Positions 9,597 to 24,289 of a stretch of DNA of 64,000 nucleotides are shown one piece after another (positions within the stretch are counted from its first letter, which is position 1; the number at the start of each line of letters is the position of its first letter). The DNA comes from an uncultured Chloroflexia bacterium. Its GTDB lineage: Bacteria; Chloroflexota; Limnocylindria; Limnocylindrales; CSP1-4. The position numbers were made by a program, and so were the translations under genes. Where the stretch lies: contig CAWEZH010000003.1 in assembly GCA_963813535.1 (NCBI GenBank), positions 320,001 through 384,000 of the forward strand. The letters run 5' to 3'. The notes below the pieces were generated by a model. The model did no database searches. It was not told the DNA's origin and worked only from the letters and a program-made list of their open reading frames with translations.

Positions 9597-10304
9597 CTAG
9601 GCCCGCGCTTCGGTCGGCTTGATGTCCTCGGGTGCCTTGCCGGTTCGCTCGGCGAGCGCCTTGCGCGCCTTGTCCCAGTCGGAGCGGAACTGCGTGATGC
9701 CCTTGTCTGTCAGCGGGTGATGGACCAACTGCTGGAGGATCTTGAACGGCACCGTGGCGACGTGCGCCCCGGCGAGGGCGGCCTGGGTCATGTGCACCGG
9801 GTTGCGGATCGAAGCCGCCAGGACCTCGGTGTCGAGCTCGTGGATGGCCACGATCTCGGCCAACTCGCGGACGACGATCATCCCGTCCTGGTTGATGTCA
9901 TCGAGCCGGCCGACGAATGGGGACAGGAGCGACGCTCCGGCCTTCGCCGCGAGGAGCCCCTGGTTCGCGGTGAAGATCAGCGTGCAGTTCGTCTTGATCC
10001 CTTCCTCGGCGAAGCGGCTCATCGCCTCGAGCCCTTCCTCGCTCATCGGGACCTTCACCACGATGTTCGGGGCGAGCTTGGCGAATGCACGACCCTCCTC
10101 GAGCATCCCGTCCACGTGTTCGGCAACCACCTCGGCCGACACCGGGCCGCTCGTGATCGTGCAGATCTCCTTCAGCACCTCCTCGTAGGAGCGGCCGCTG
10201 GTCTTGGAGAAGAGCGTCGGGTTGGTCGTGACCCCGTCGAGGACGCCCCACCGCGCGACGGTGCGGATCTCTTCGATGTCGGCGGTGTCGAGGAAGATCT
10301 TCAT
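9597..10304 (-). CDS. tal: Transaldolase (short TalC/FSA fold)
   Basis: FLDTAD, GVTTNPTL, GPVSAEV (Glu), VVKVP (Schiff-base Lys) and SPFVGRLDD (Phe); Glu/Phe indicates transaldolase rather than FSA. Confidence 0.9.
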   Translation of the reverse strand: MKIFLDTADIEEIRTVARWGVLDGVTTNPTLFSKTSGRSYEEVLKEICTITSGPVSAEVVAEHVDGMLEEGRAFAKLAPNIVVKVPMSEEGLEAMSRFAEEGIKTNCTLIFTANQGLLAAKAGASLLSPFVGRLDDINQDGMIVVRELAEIVAIHELDTEVLAASIRNPVHMTQAALAGAHVATVPFKILQQLVHHPLTDKGITQFRSDWDKARKALAERTGKAPEDIKPTEARA

Positions 10305-10402
10305 GGCGGGCGGCTCCGGCTATGGGCGAGGGAACCGGATTCTACGCGCGTAGCCGGTCGACGGGCCGTATCGGCGATGTATGCATGCGACACGTCTGTA
10401 TG

Positions 10403-10434
10403 CAGAAGGGCCGCCCAGCTGGGCGGCCCTTCTG
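10403..10434. terminator. Perfect 32-bp palindrome, probable terminator of the subtilase gene
   Basis: cagaagggccgcccag/ctgggcggcccttctg lies about 22 bp past the subtilase stop; U-tract is weak. Confidence 0.6.
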
Positions 10435-10456
10435 AGTGTTCGCGATGCGAACCCGG

Positions 10457-11746
10457 TTACTTGGAGGCCGCCCGCAGGGCGTTGACCATCCCCGCACCGA
10501 AGTACGTGGTGTTGCCCGGACCGCCGGAGCAGCGTGCCAGGTTCGGGTCAGCCGGGCTCGGGCAGGCCATCGGCGTCGCCGACGACTTGACGTTCGCCGT
10601 CACCGATCCCGGCATCCGGCCAGGATGGTTCTCCCGGATCAGCGCCGCGACGCCAGCCGCGTGGGGCGAGGCCATCGAGGTGCCGCTGATCCAGACCCAC
10701 CGGTTGCCGTCGGCGTCCTCTACGGCTCGGCCGGCGGCAACGAATGCTTCCCATTGGCCCGACTTATCCGTGCGCGACCAGCCGGCAAGGATCCGGCCGA
10801 AGGTCGTGCCCGGCGTTTGGGCCGCATCGCCACCAGGTGCGGTGACGTCGATCGGATTCCCGACGTTGGAATAGCTCGCCAGCGTCGTGACACCAGACGC
10901 GGACACCGTCAGGACACCCGGCAACTCCGCCGGTGCGACGCGGCAGTTGTTGCGGATCCGCCGGGTCTCGGCGGTGTCCGGCGGCCAGTCGGGGCTGATC
11001 TCATCGGTCACGGGGTGACCGAGGTCGTCGGCCTCGTTGCCGGCTGCAGCGACGATCACGACGCCGCGTTGCTGCGCGTACTTGGCTGCGTCCTTCATCT
11101 GCTTGTACATCGCCCGCTGGCCGGCGTCGTTGCTGCAGTAGTACAGGTACGGATCGGCGAACAGACTCAGGTTGACGACGTCGATCTGGTGGTCACCGGC
11201 GTAGCGCAGCGCGGCCGCCACCGAGTCGATGAAGCAGAAGCCCGCGACGGTGCAGGCCTTAAGGCCGACGATCGTCGCGTCGGGTGCGACCCCGACGATA
11301 CCGCGGCTGTTGAGCGCGCCGGCGATCGTCGTCGCCACATGGGTGCCGTGGCCCTGCAGATCCTGCACCGCAGCCTTGTTGGAGCAATCGCCGTTGGCGA
11401 TCTCCGCCGGGTCGGCCGTAGGCGTGTCGGTGTTGATGAACGAGCACGACAGGGCGGTGTCGATGTTCGCGAGGTCGACGTGGGTGAAGTCGATGCCGCC
11501 GTCGATCACGCCAACGGTCACGCCATCACCCGTTGCCTTCGCCCGGGACGCGCTGTTGGCCTCGATCGCGCGCATGCCCCACTGGCAGGCGGACAGGGGC
11601 TCTGGACCAGCCGCCACGCCGAAGAACGTGGCACAGACAGCGCTCGCTCCGGGTGGGTCGTACGCAACTGTTTGGCTCGCAAGGGCCGACGGTGCGGCAC
11701 CGAGGAGCAGGATCGAGACGGCCAGGGTGGCCAGGAGCCTACGCAT
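10457..11746 (-). CDS. Secreted S8 (subtilisin-like) serine peptidase
   Basis: AGGAGG before ATG 11746; signal peptide MRRLLATLAVSILLLGAAPSALA; catalytic motifs VIDGGID, GHGTHVA, AAAGN and GTSMASPH. Confidence 0.92.
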   Translation of the reverse strand: MRRLLATLAVSILLLGAAPSALASQTVAYDPPGASAVCATFFGVAAGPEPLSACQWGMRAIEANSASRAKATGDGVTVGVIDGGIDFTHVDLANIDTALSCSFINTDTPTADPAEIANGDCSNKAAVQDLQGHGTHVATTIAGALNSRGIVGVAPDATIVGLKACTVAGFCFIDSVAAALRYAGDHQIDVVNLSLFADPYLYYCSNDAGQRAMYKQMKDAAKYAQQRGVVIVAAAGNEADDLGHPVTDEISPDWPPDTAETRRIRNNCRVAPAELPGVLTVSASGVTTLASYSNVGNPIDVTAPGGDAAQTPGTTFGRILAGWSRTDKSGQWEAFVAAGRAVEDADGNRWVWISGTSMASPHAAGVAALIRENHPGRMPGSVTANVKSSATPMACPSPADPNLARCSGGPGNTTYFGAGMVNALRAASK

Positions 11747-12061
11747 GGGCATTCCTCCTACCAGGCGTGCGGCAATAAAGGCCGCTTTTGGGGACGGTGC
11801 ACCGGTGTGAGGTGACCGCAGCGGCCCGCCGTAGTGGGCCAATCTTGGCCTTGTCGTGACTGTCATGCCGGACGGCCCAGAGTTCGTCCCCTGCGTGATG
11901 GTGCGGTGCCGCACCACTTGGTCAGACGACGTCGACTATTTCAGGCTCTCGATGTCGCCGACGGTCCCGCCGACCAGATCCGGGGTCGCTTCGGGCCTGA
12001 CAACTACGATGCCCGCATGCACGGTCGCAGCGAGTCCCACCTGGAATGCCGGCACCCCGTG

Positions 12062-12955
12062 ATGCCACACGCGCATGGGACCGCTGCGTCGGCGAACCGT
12101 GGGCGGCTCGTCGCGGTCTTCGCCCTGACGCTGAGCGTCTTCCTCGTCGAGCTCGTCGCCGCGGCACTCTCGAACAGTCTTGCCCTCCTGGCCGATGCGG
12201 GGCACATGTTCACCGACGTCGGCGGGATCGGCCTGGCGTTGCTGGCGATCTGGTTCGCCGCCCGTCCCGCGAGCGTCGGCCGCACCTTCGGTTACCTGCG
12301 GCTCGAGATCCTCGTCGCCGTCATCAACGCGGTGCTCCTGTTCGGCGTCGCCGCGTTCATCCTGGTCGAAGCCTGGCGCCGACTGTCGGCCCCACCCGAG
12401 ATCGCCACCGGCCTGATGCTTGCCGTCGCCATCCTCGGGCTCGCCGCCAACGCGGTCTCCCTGTACCTGTTGCGCGATGCCCAGCGGGTTAGCCTCAACA
12501 TGCGCGGCGCCTATCTCGAGGTCATGGGCGACTTCGCGGGCTCGGTCGCGGTCATCGTGGCCGCGATCGTCATCGCCCTGACCGGCTGGACTCCCGCCGA
12601 CGCTGTCGCGTCTGCCCTGATCGGGTTCCTCATCATCCCGAGGACGTGGAGGCTGCTGCGCGACGCGGTCGACGTCCTGCTCGAGGCCGCCCCGAAGGGC
12701 ATCGACCTCGAGGAGGTCCGGACCCACATCCGCGACGTCCCTGGTGTCGCCGATGTCCATGACCTCCATGCCTGGACGATCACGTCGGGGGTGAACGTCC
12801 TGTCCGCCCATGTGGTCCTCGACGAGCGTGCCGACCCGCCGGCCGTCCTCGACGAGTTGTGCAGCTGTCTATCGGGTGACTTCGACATCGAACATTCGAC
12901 GTTCCAGCTCGAGACATCCGATCGGCGTCGGCTCGAGGAGGCGCGGCACGCGTGA
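12062..12955 (+). CDS. Cation diffusion facilitator (CzcD/ZitB-like Zn/Co/Cd exporter)
   Basis: SLALLADAGHMFTD, TFGYLRLEIL, SLNMRGAYLEVMGD, VHDLHAWTIT and HSTFQLE motifs. Confidence 0.92.
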   Translation: MPHAHGTAASANRGRLVAVFALTLSVFLVELVAAALSNSLALLADAGHMFTDVGGIGLALLAIWFAARPASVGRTFGYLRLEILVAVINAVLLFGVAAFILVEAWRRLSAPPEIATGLMLAVAILGLAANAVSLYLLRDAQRVSLNMRGAYLEVMGDFAGSVAVIVAAIVIALTGWTPADAVASALIGFLIIPRTWRLLRDAVDVLLEAAPKGIDLEEVRTHIRDVPGVADVHDLHAWTITSGVNVLSAHVVLDERADPPAVLDELCSCLSGDFDIEHSTFQLETSDRRRLEEARHA

Positions 12956-13126
12956 CGCCTCGGCCGGCTCGACGACCGTGGTACGCGACCGGCCGGGTGA
13001 CGCAAGTCACCACTTGACCGCACTGCAATGCACCGGACATGACCTAAATGCACGCGATGGCCTACCATCCGTCGTCCGCAGGGGGAGTTGCTGTCGCATG
13101 CCCAGACAGCGCGGGCAGGACCCGAT

Positions 13127-14440
13127 TTGAAGCATCGAGCGTCGTCCGGCCACCAGGTCCTCATCGTCCGGGATCGACTACCGTCACCGGGGCTGACTGG
13201 GATCGGTCCGTACACGGCTGGCCTTGCTGAGCATCTGACCACTCGCGGTGATCACGTCACCGTGGTCACCGGCCTGCCCCACTACCCCGATTGGCGGATC
13301 GCCAAGGACGTGCCACGCGAGTTGATGCAATCGCAATCCATGAACGGCGTGACCGTCATCAGGGCCGCCCACTACGTGACCAAGCCGGCAAGATGCCGTT
13401 CGACGCGCGACCTACGAAGGAACATTCGGCCTGACGGCTCTACTTGCCGGGCTGCGTCTGCACCGTCCTGACGCCATCCTCGGAATCGTGCCAAGCCTGT
13501 CCGGTGGCGTGCTCGCCCGGGTACTGTCGGCCCGTTACGGGACGGCGCCCTTCGGGCTCCTGTTCCAGGACCTCATGGGCCCAGCTGCCGGTCAATCTGG
13601 GATCGCCGGCGGTGGCGCTGTCGCAAACGCGACGGCGCGCGCTGAGGCCTGGGCAGTCACGGGGGCTCGCGCTGTTGGCGTGGTTTCCATGGCATTCGAG
13701 CCTTATATCCGTCATCGATCAATGTGCCCGGGCGGATCGACTCCGAACATGTTCCCAATTGGACCACCGTGGCCGAACCTGCGATGGGAGTCGCCGGGAC
13801 GCGAACGCACTTCGGCTGGACGGATGAACAGCAGATCGTTCTCCACGCAGGCAACATCGGATACAAGCAGGGCCTCGAACAGGTAATCCGAGCCGCGCAC
13901 GTGGCTGCCGATCGAGACAAGGCCGTGCAATTCGTGTTCTCAGGCGGCGGGAATCAGGCGCTCGAGATGCAGCAAGCCGCTCGAGGGCTACCCAACGTGA
14001 GCTTCCTCGGGGTCCAACCTGACGGGATGCACGCCAGTCTGCTGGCCGCCGCTGATGTTCTCTTGCTTTCGGAGACGCAAGGCACAGATCGACATGAGCC
14101 TTCCAAGCAAGCTCACGGCCTACTTCGCCGCGCGCCGACCGATCGTCGCAGCGGTCCCCAAGAACGGAGCTTCGGCGCGCGAGGTGGAGCGGTCGGGAGC
14201 TGCCCTGCGGGTGGAGGCCGGCGATACCAATGGGCTCCTGGCTGCGTTGGCGCGGCTTCAGACCGATCAGCCGCTGCCCGAGCTCGGAACGGGCTGGCGG
14301 GGCGTACGCCGAGCGGAACGCGATGAGAAGATCAGCGGCGGCTTTGAACTAGTCATTCGAGAGGCCGTGACGTCGCGCGGTCGCTCGCGGCAAAGCGTGC
14401 GACTCATCGGGGCTGCTCTCGGACGCGATCCTGACTGGGT
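13127..14440 (+). CDS. Glycosyltransferase family 4 (WcaI-like), split by several frameshifts; ends approximate
   Basis: Fragments TGIGPYTAGLAEHL...PHYPDWRI, PSLSGG...QDL, LHAGNIGYKQGLE and MSLPSKLTAYFAARRPIVA lie in different frames. Confidence 0.75.
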
Positions 14441-14469
14441 GACGCCAATCGGCAGGCGAGGGCGGCCGC

Positions 14470-15504
14470 ATGAAGAAGGCGCTCATCACCGGGATCACGG
14501 GGCAGGACGGGAGCTACCTGGCCGAGCTCCTCCTCGACAAGGGCTACGAGGTGCACGGCCTGATACGCCGCGCCAGCCAGTTCAACACGCAGCGGATCGA
14601 TCACCTTTATGTCGATCCACACGAAGCTGAGACGAAGCTGTTTCTTCACTACGCGGACCTGACGGACTCCTCGTCCCTAATCGGTCACCTGCATCGCGTG
14701 AAGCCCGACGAGGTGTACAACCTGGGCGCCCAGAGCCACGTAAAGGTGAGCTTCGAGATGCCTGAGTTCACCGCTGAAACGGCGGCGATGGGCGCACTGC
14801 GAATGCTCGAGGCGGTTCGGACGGCGGACTGGCCGATTCGCTTCTATCAGGCAGGCAGCTCAGAGATGTACGGCCAATCGCTGGAGTCTCCGCAACGGGA
14901 AACGACGCCCTTCAATCCTCGATCGCCGTACGCGATCGCCAAGGTCTTCGCGCACTTCATGACAGTGGACTACCGCGAGGCATACGGGCTGCACGCCAGC
15001 AACGGGATCCTCTTCAATCACGAGTCTCCGCGAAGAGGCGGGACGTTCGTGACGCGCAAGGTGACTCGCGCCGTTGCGGCGATCATCAAGGGAGAGCAGG
15101 AGCACCTATTCCTGGGCAACCTCGATGCCAAGCGCGATTGGGGGTACGCCCCCGAGTACGTCGAAGCCATGTGGCTGATGCTCCAGCAGCAGAACCCAGA
15201 CGATTACGTCGTCGCGACGGGAGAGATGCATTCCGTCCGCGAACTATGCGAGATCGCGTTCGGATTCGTCGGGCTCGATTGGGAGCGCTATGTCCGCCTC
15301 GATGAACGGTATCGCCGACCGACCGAGGTAGACACACTGTGTGGTGACGCTTCGAAGGCTCGTGAGCTGCTGGGCTGGAGGCCCACGGTCCTTTTCGCCG
15401 AACTCGTCCAAATCATGCTTGAGGCGGATTTGCTGGGGGCTGGGCTTGATCCTTCCCGCTTGATCAACAAGCCGATGCAAGGGCGTCAGCCGATTTCGAC
15501 ATGA
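14470..15504 (+). CDS. gmd: GDP-mannose 4,6-dehydratase
   Basis: [38 protein letters not shown] and [10 protein letters not shown]; frame is intact. Confidence 0.97.
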   Translation: MKKALITGITGQDGSYLAELLLDKGYEVHGLIRRASQFNTQRIDHLYVDPHEAETKLFLHYADLTDSSSLIGHLHRVKPDEVYNLGAQSHVKVSFEMPEFTAETAAMGALRMLEAVRTADWPIRFYQAGSSEMYGQSLESPQRETTPFNPRSPYAIAKVFAHFMTVDYREAYGLHASNGILFNHESPRRGGTFVTRKVTRAVAAIIKGEQEHLFLGNLDAKRDWGYAPEYVEAMWLMLQQQNPDDYVVATGEMHSVRELCEIAFGFVGLDWERYVRLDERYRRPTEVDTLCGDASKARELLGWRPTVLFAELVQIMLEADLLGAGLDPSRLINKPMQGRQPIST

Positions 15505-16718
15505 CACGACTGGCCTATGTCACGACCTACGACGCGTCCAGGATCAGCAGCTGGTCAGGGACCCCTTATCACATGACACGGGCTCTTCTGCGCGCGGGAG
15601 TCCAGCTGGACTACGTTGGCCCGCTTCACAAGCCGATCACACCACTCGTGCGAGGGCGGCAAGTTCTTGAGCGCATGCGTGGTCGTCGGTACCTGTTCGA
15701 CCGCAATCCCAGCGTCTTGCGGGGTTACGCCCGCGATGTGGCGAAACAGCTTGCGAACCTCGATGTCGATGCCGTTCTCAGCCCCGGTACGATTCCGATT
15801 GCGTACCTTGAGACGGAGCTTCCCACGGTCTTCTGGACGGACGCGACCTTCGCAGTGATGGTCGACTACTACCCCGGGTTCTCCGGCCTTTGCGACGCGA
15901 CTGTTCGCGAAGGCAACCAAATGGAAGGCTCGGCGATCACGCGCTCGAGCGCGGCCGTCTACTCGTCCTCGTGGGCAGCTGAGTCTGCTGTGGACGCGTA
16001 CGAAGCCGTCCCATCGAAGGTATCGGTCATTCCATTCGGTGCCAACTTGGCCGACGAGCCGGATGACGACCAAGTAGCGGAATGGATCGAGAGTCGACGT
16101 GGCGGTGAGTGTCGGCTGATATTCCTGGGAGTTGACTGGCGCCGAAAGGGCGGGGACAGAGCCCTCGATGTCGCGCTGGAATTGTCGAATTTGGGTATCC
16201 CGACGCGCCTAACGGTGGTGGGGCCCGCGGCGACCGCGATACCTGATTCAGAGCTTATCGACTATCACGGCCATATCGACAAGTCGACACCGCAGGGCGA
16301 AGCCGAGATTGTGCGACTGCTTGGCGAAAGCCATTTTCTATGCCTCCCGTCCTACGCCGACTGCACGCCGATCGTCCTGTGCGAGGCGAGCGCCTGCGGT
16401 GTTCCGTCGATCTCAATCCGGACCGGCGGCATAGGATCGGTGGTCACGGACGGCACAAATGGCTACCTGTTTGACGAACCATTCTCCGCAAAGGCTGCAG
16501 CGGAGTCCATTGCGACCTGCATGGCCGATTACGACGGCTCATACATTCCACTCGCCTTGACGTCTCGCACGGAGTACCGCGCCCGACTCAACTGGACGTC
16601 GTCGACAGATCCATTCTGGGATCATGGCGACCTTGGTGGCGTGAGCTGGCCGGGGCGTCGACTGCTCTGCCGGCTTTCCATGGCATCGAACGGCAGCAAG
16701 TCAGGAGAGCACGCCTGA
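15501..16718 (+). CDS. Glycosyltransferase family 4; C-terminus probably frameshifted
   Basis: [26 protein letters not shown] and [21 protein letters not shown]. Confidence 0.85.
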   Translation: MTRLAYVTTYDASRISSWSGTPYHMTRALLRAGVQLDYVGPLHKPITPLVRGRQVLERMRGRRYLFDRNPSVLRGYARDVAKQLANLDVDAVLSPGTIPIAYLETELPTVFWTDATFAVMVDYYPGFSGLCDATVREGNQMEGSAITRSSAAVYSSSWAAESAVDAYEAVPSKVSVIPFGANLADEPDDDQVAEWIESRRGGECRLIFLGVDWRRKGGDRALDVALELSNLGIPTRLTVVGPAATAIPDSELIDYHGHIDKSTPQGEAEIVRLLGESHFLCLPSYADCTPIVLCEASACGVPSISIRTGGIGSVVTDGTNGYLFDEPFSAKAAAESIATCMADYDGSYIPLALTSRTEYRARLNWTSSTDPFWDHGDLGGVSWPGRRLLCRLSMASNGSKSGEHA

Positions 16719-17452
16719 AACCCGCCTATTCGCGGCGGTTCTACGCCGCACACAATTCTGGTTCATTGGCCTCGGCTGAAGTCGTCGTTCCAATTCTTTT
16801 CATGTTTCCAGTGGAGTCGGCCGTGGATTTTGGCTGCGGAGCTGGCGCCTGGTAGACACGTTCAAGCGGTCGGGAGTGGAGGACGTCCTCGGACTCGATA
16901 GCGACGACCTGCCAATGGACATGCTCCAAATCCCAGCTGACCAATTCAAGGTTGCCGACTTTCGCTCCATCCCGGACATGGACCACCAATCGATATCGCT
17001 TGTTCTCTTGAGGTCGCTGAGCACCTGCCTAACAGCTCTGCCGAGCCTTGGTGCGCGCTTCGTCGACGCCGCTCCGGTTGTTCTGTTCTCAGCCGCAGTT
17101 CCGGGTCAAGGCGGCACCGGTCATGTGAATGAGCAATGGCAAAGCTACTGGGCGCATTTGTTTGCAACCCACGGCTACGTTGCGGTGGATTGCATACGCC
17201 CCGCGATCTGTCGATACGCGGGTCATGTGGTGGTACCGGCAGAACATGCTTGTGTTCTGCCGCCCAGATCGCGTCCCGGAGAGGCAGAGAGTCATTACCG
17301 ATCCATATGACCTAGAGCGCATGGACCCGGCATTCCTTGCTATCGCAGCCGAGACACCTCGAACGACGGCGGTTGTCAGATCGATGTTGGGGATGGTTCG
17401 GACCATAGTCAGGCGCCTAATGCGTAGCCTTCCCCGTGCGTCGCATGGGTAG
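16680..17452 (+). CDS. Class I SAM-dependent methyltransferase, frameshifted
   Basis: Fragments SAEVVVP, DFGCGAGAW, FSAAVPGQGGTGHVNEQWQSYW and WWYRQNML across frames. Confidence 0.7.
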
Positions 17453-17518
17453 GGGACGCGGGCTACAACTAGGCATACGCAGTCCTGCCCGAAACGCGCC
17501 CCGTGGTCGACTCAGGGA

Positions 17519-20677
<3,159 letters not shown>

Positions 20678-20819
20678 GTCAGCGGTCTCATCGGCAATCC
20701 GCGCCCGAGTTGAGGGCCTACCTACCCGTGACACCAGATCAACAAACGGGACTCTGCAGTCTCCACAAGGACGGCCCGCCCTGTTGTCGGCTGCGGGCCG
20801 GCGCACATGCGCCCGATGA

Positions 20820-22175
20820 ATGGATTCACGGATCTTGAGCACTCCGATCCAAGCGCAGGCGGTCAGGTCCGAGCGGCCCCGGGATGTTGCTGATCTTGTT
20901 CGAGGCGCGACGATTGAGGGTCGATCGGTCGATGGGAGCTGGACAGCGCTCGACACTTGGGCATTCCTACTTCCTGCCGTGTCCTTCCTTGAGATTGCCC
21001 TCATTGGGAGGCTTAAGGTCAGCGAGCTCCTCGCAGTCGCGATGCTTCCTTGGCTTCTTGGAAGGCGGGGCCGCCTGCGCGTGCCTCGCTGGTTCATGGT
21101 GGTGTGGGCAGGCTGGTTTATTTCTCAAGCAATTACGGACGTAGCTGTTGGCAGCGCATTTGCGGACTACTCGCGCGGATGGGCCAAGATCCTGGTCACG
21201 CTGACTAGCTTCCTGGCCATCCTGGTTCTGATTTCGACTCCCAAGCGCGCCCGCCTTTTTGCTCTCGGGCTCGCTCTTGCAGGCATCGCTGGCTACGTTC
21301 TGAACCCGAGCGCCGGCGCCGCCGCGGACCCATGGAAATGGGCTCTGGCCCTTCCCATCGGATTGCTCCTCGCCACGGCCGTTTCGGGCACCAGGGGGCC
21401 TGCAATCGCCGGGACTTACCGTGGGCGCCTTCATGCTGTTTGGTGCCCTAAATCTGGTCCTCGGATATCGCAGTCTGGGCGGCGTGGCCCTGATGACCGC
21501 CGCCTACCTGGTGTTGAACAGTCTTGTAGGCCGTTCGGAATCGGCTTTTCGTCCCTCCATCGGCCGCGCATTCGTCGGCGTGGTTTCCTGCGTGGTGATG
21601 GCCGTCAGCGTTCTGGTTGTCTACGACCTGGCAGCGGGCCGTGGCCTGCTCGGCCCCGACGCGCAAGTGAGGTACTACACGCAAGCAGGTTCTCTTGGGG
21701 TTCTCCTCGGCGGAAGGCACGAGTCGCTGGTCTCGACACAGGCAATCCTGCATTCCCCGATCCTCGGACATGGCTCGTGGGCAAGGGATCCGAAATACGT
21801 GGAGTTGCTTTCCGACCGTTTGACGGAGCTAGGGTACGGGGACATCTCCACCGATCCAGCCGACATTCTGGCGTGATTCCAGCCGACTCCTATCTGCTCG
21901 GAGCATGGGTCGAAGGCGGCATCCTGGGTGGATTGTTCTGGCTGGCTGTCGCTGGCTCGGCCGCATGGCTCTTGCTGAATATCTACGCAGTGCGGTGGGC
22001 CTTGACGCCACTGGTCGTGTTCTCCACGACTCTTCTACTTTGGAATATCGCGTTCTCCCCCTACGGGGAGGCCGGCCGTTTGACAGCCCCCTTTGCCATT
22101 GCGCTTTGCCTGCTAGCTTCTCAGTACTTGCGTCCTCTCGACCAGGTAGGTCCAGTCAACAAGTCCCGAGCGTGA
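20820..22175 (+). CDS. O-antigen polymerase/ligase-like membrane protein (Wzy/WaaL), frameshifted
   Basis: Many TM segments; GRHESLVSTQAILHSPILGHGSWA and IPADSYLLGAWVEGGILG resemble the Wzy_C region. Confidence 0.7.
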   Translation: MDSRILSTPIQAQAVRSERPRDVADLVRGATIEGRSVDGSWTALDTWAFLLPAVSFLEIALIGRLKVSELLAVAMLPWLLGRRGRLRVPRWFMVVWAGWFISQAITDVAVGSAFADYSRGWAKILVTLTSFLAILVLISTPKRARLFALGLALAGIAGYVLNPSAGAAADPWKWALALPIGLLLATAVSGTRGPAIAGTYRGRLHAVWCPKSGPRISQSGRRGPDDRRLPGVEQSCRPFGIGFSSLHRPRIRRRGFLRGDGRQRSGCLRPGSGPWPARPRRASEVLHASRFSWGSPRRKARVAGLDTGNPAFPDPRTWLVGKGSEIRGVAFRPFDGARVRGHLHRSSRHSGVIPADSYLLGAWVEGGILGGLFWLAVAGSAAWLLLNIYAVRWALTPLVVFSTTLLLWNIAFSPYGEAGRLTAPFAIALCLLASQYLRPLDQVGPVNKSRA

Positions 22176-23041
22176 AGGTATCGATCGTCACGATTTCCTT
22201 TAACCAGGCGCGCTTCTTGCGGCGCGCAATAACCTCGGTCCTTTCACAGGATTATCCGGACATCGAGTACATCGTTGTTGACCCTGGGTCGACAGACGGG
22301 AGCCGCGAGATCATCAATGCGTACGGGCCCAGGCTCGCAAGCGTCATCTTTGATCCGGACGATGGCCCTGCTGATGGACTCAATCGCGGGTTCCAATTGG
22401 CCACAGGCGATGTCCTTGCATATATCAACGCCGACGATGCCCTGCTCACCCAGGTGCGGTGCGCGAAGCCGTCGACTATCTCAGGGCACATCCAGAGACG
22501 GATGTCGTTTACGGCGATGGCTACATGGTCGATGTCGATGGAATGGTCCTTAGACCAATGAAGATCGTCCTCGTTCAACGTGCGTCGGTATGCGTACGGA
22601 AGCGTGATGGTGCTGCAGCAAGCGACCTTCTTTCGGAAATCAGCATTTGAGCGAACGAGTGGCTTCAATGTCGACAATCGAACGTGCTGGGACGGAGAAC
22701 TACTCGCCGATATTGCGATTGCCGGTGGGCGGCTCGCGCATGTCTCGAGACGATGGGGCGCATTCGCGATCTATCCGGAACATCGATCTACCGGGTCCCG
22801 GCGCGACGCGAGCCAGGCCGTGCGTGACGTTCGGCGCATCTTCCGGAAATTACAGGGGCGGGAGTGGCGCCGGCCCGACCAGTTGATAAGTAGGTTGGTA
22901 AGACTCGAGAAGTGGATATTGTCGCCGGGCGCAACTCTCAGGCGCCTGCGCTTTGCCCTCCTCGGTCCACCTGGGACGCAGCTAGTTGTCGCGGATGATC
23001 AGAGCATCGAATTGGTTTCTGCTGTCCGCCAGAGCAAGTAG
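22172..23041 (+). CDS. Glycosyltransferase family 2, frameshifted
   Basis: GTG at 22172: KVSIVTISFNQARFL...EYIVVDPGSTDGS...ADGLNRG...YINADD, later QQATFFRK in another frame. Confidence 0.82.
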
Positions 23042-24170
23042 ATGACCGGGAAGCGGCGCGCGAATTCCGCAATACAGCCAGCCCTCGTAGCGGGCATCCG
23101 GGTAATGCATGTCATCCCCTGGCCTGTCTATGGGGGGCCCCACAACGAGGCGTTGACCCTGGGCCTACAAGCAGCTCGAATGGGTTGGAGCCTGACGGTG
23201 GTCGTCCCTCGGGATGCTGATGCGGCGGCCCTACGACTTCAGACGCGGGGGATCAAAGTCTTCAGGCTCCAGCTCACTCGCCTTCGGCGAACTCGGAGCG
23301 CTTTCTACTGGCTCCTGTATCCGCTCAGGTTCCTCATTGATGTGTGGCGATTGGCGCGACTGATGAGAAGGGAGGAGGTCGACGTTGTCGAAGGCTCCAG
23401 CGTCAACGTCCAGGCGGCTCTTGCCGCGCGCCTGGCGGGCGCTGGGGTGGTCTGGCGCCTTGCCGATGTTTCGTCCCCGATGATCCTGCGGCGCGCTGTC
23501 GGCCTCCTTGTGCCGGACTTTCTGGCCGACGCAATCCTTGTGAATGGGTACGCCACGCTTGACGAATATCCCGGTCTGGCAAAGGCCGCTGACAAGGTGA
23601 CGGTGGGCTGCCCGATGATCGATGACGCGGCTTTCCGGAATCTGGGGAGTCGGATCAATAGAGGAGGGGCGGTGATCATCGGCATGGTGGCCAATATCAA
23701 CCCCGATAAGGGGATTGACGTCTTTGTCGAGGCTGCGGGGATATTTTGAAGAAGGAATGACTTCCAGTACGTCTAGTCGTGGTGGAGAACCAGGACGCCA
23801 GTGGGATGTCGCGGCGCTGCACGCGCGAGTGCAGGCGGACTCTGCGGGAGCCAATTCGAGTTCGCGCAGGCGGTGACGAAGCGATGTGGCCGACCACATG
23901 CGGCATATGGATGTGTTCGTCGTCGCTCGACCGGGAGAGGAGGCACGACAACGGCGGTGTCGGCATGCATCTGGTTACGGTGACAACGCGACCTGAAGTA
24001 GAAATCGGGCCGTGGTGCGCGACGGTCAGCGTCGTGCACCCCATGGATAGGCGGGCAGGGCCGTGCCGTGCTCTAGACGACAAGCGTTCGCGGGGGTTTG
24101 CCATAGAGAGCCAGAGGCGGATTGAACTAATTTCGCCATCACGAAAACGCCTGTCAACGCGTCCCTCAGT
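23042..24170 (+). CDS. Glycosyltransferase family 4; C-terminal half fragmented, end approximate
   Basis: VMHVIPWPVYGGPHN and IGMVANINPDKGIDVFVEAA. Confidence 0.7.
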
Positions 24171-24289
24171 CTATGGTCCAGTGCTGGGAATTCGACGCCA
24201 TCGAGGGAGGCATACCAAGTCCGGTGGTCAAGGGCAAATGTGCTGCCCCTTCGTCCTGACCCCCCGAGGTAGCACCCAGGCCCCGTCCC

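Noticed and set aside
1957-9600. Long plus-strand ORFs (e.g. 1957-3432, 3480-5576, 7960-9600) and similar antisense ORFs elsewhere
   Set aside because: These are shadow ORFs opposite well-supported genes, expected in high-GC DNA; they have no recognisable motifs.
9597-10304. Fructose-6-phosphate aldolase (fsa)
   Set aside because: It has the Glu (SAEV) and Phe (SPFVGR) of transaldolases rather than Gln/Tyr.
12996-13012. Riboswitch at the GGTGAC-GCAA-GTCACC hairpin upstream of the polysaccharide locus
   Set aside because: Only one short GNRA hairpin; no other recognisable aptamer elements.
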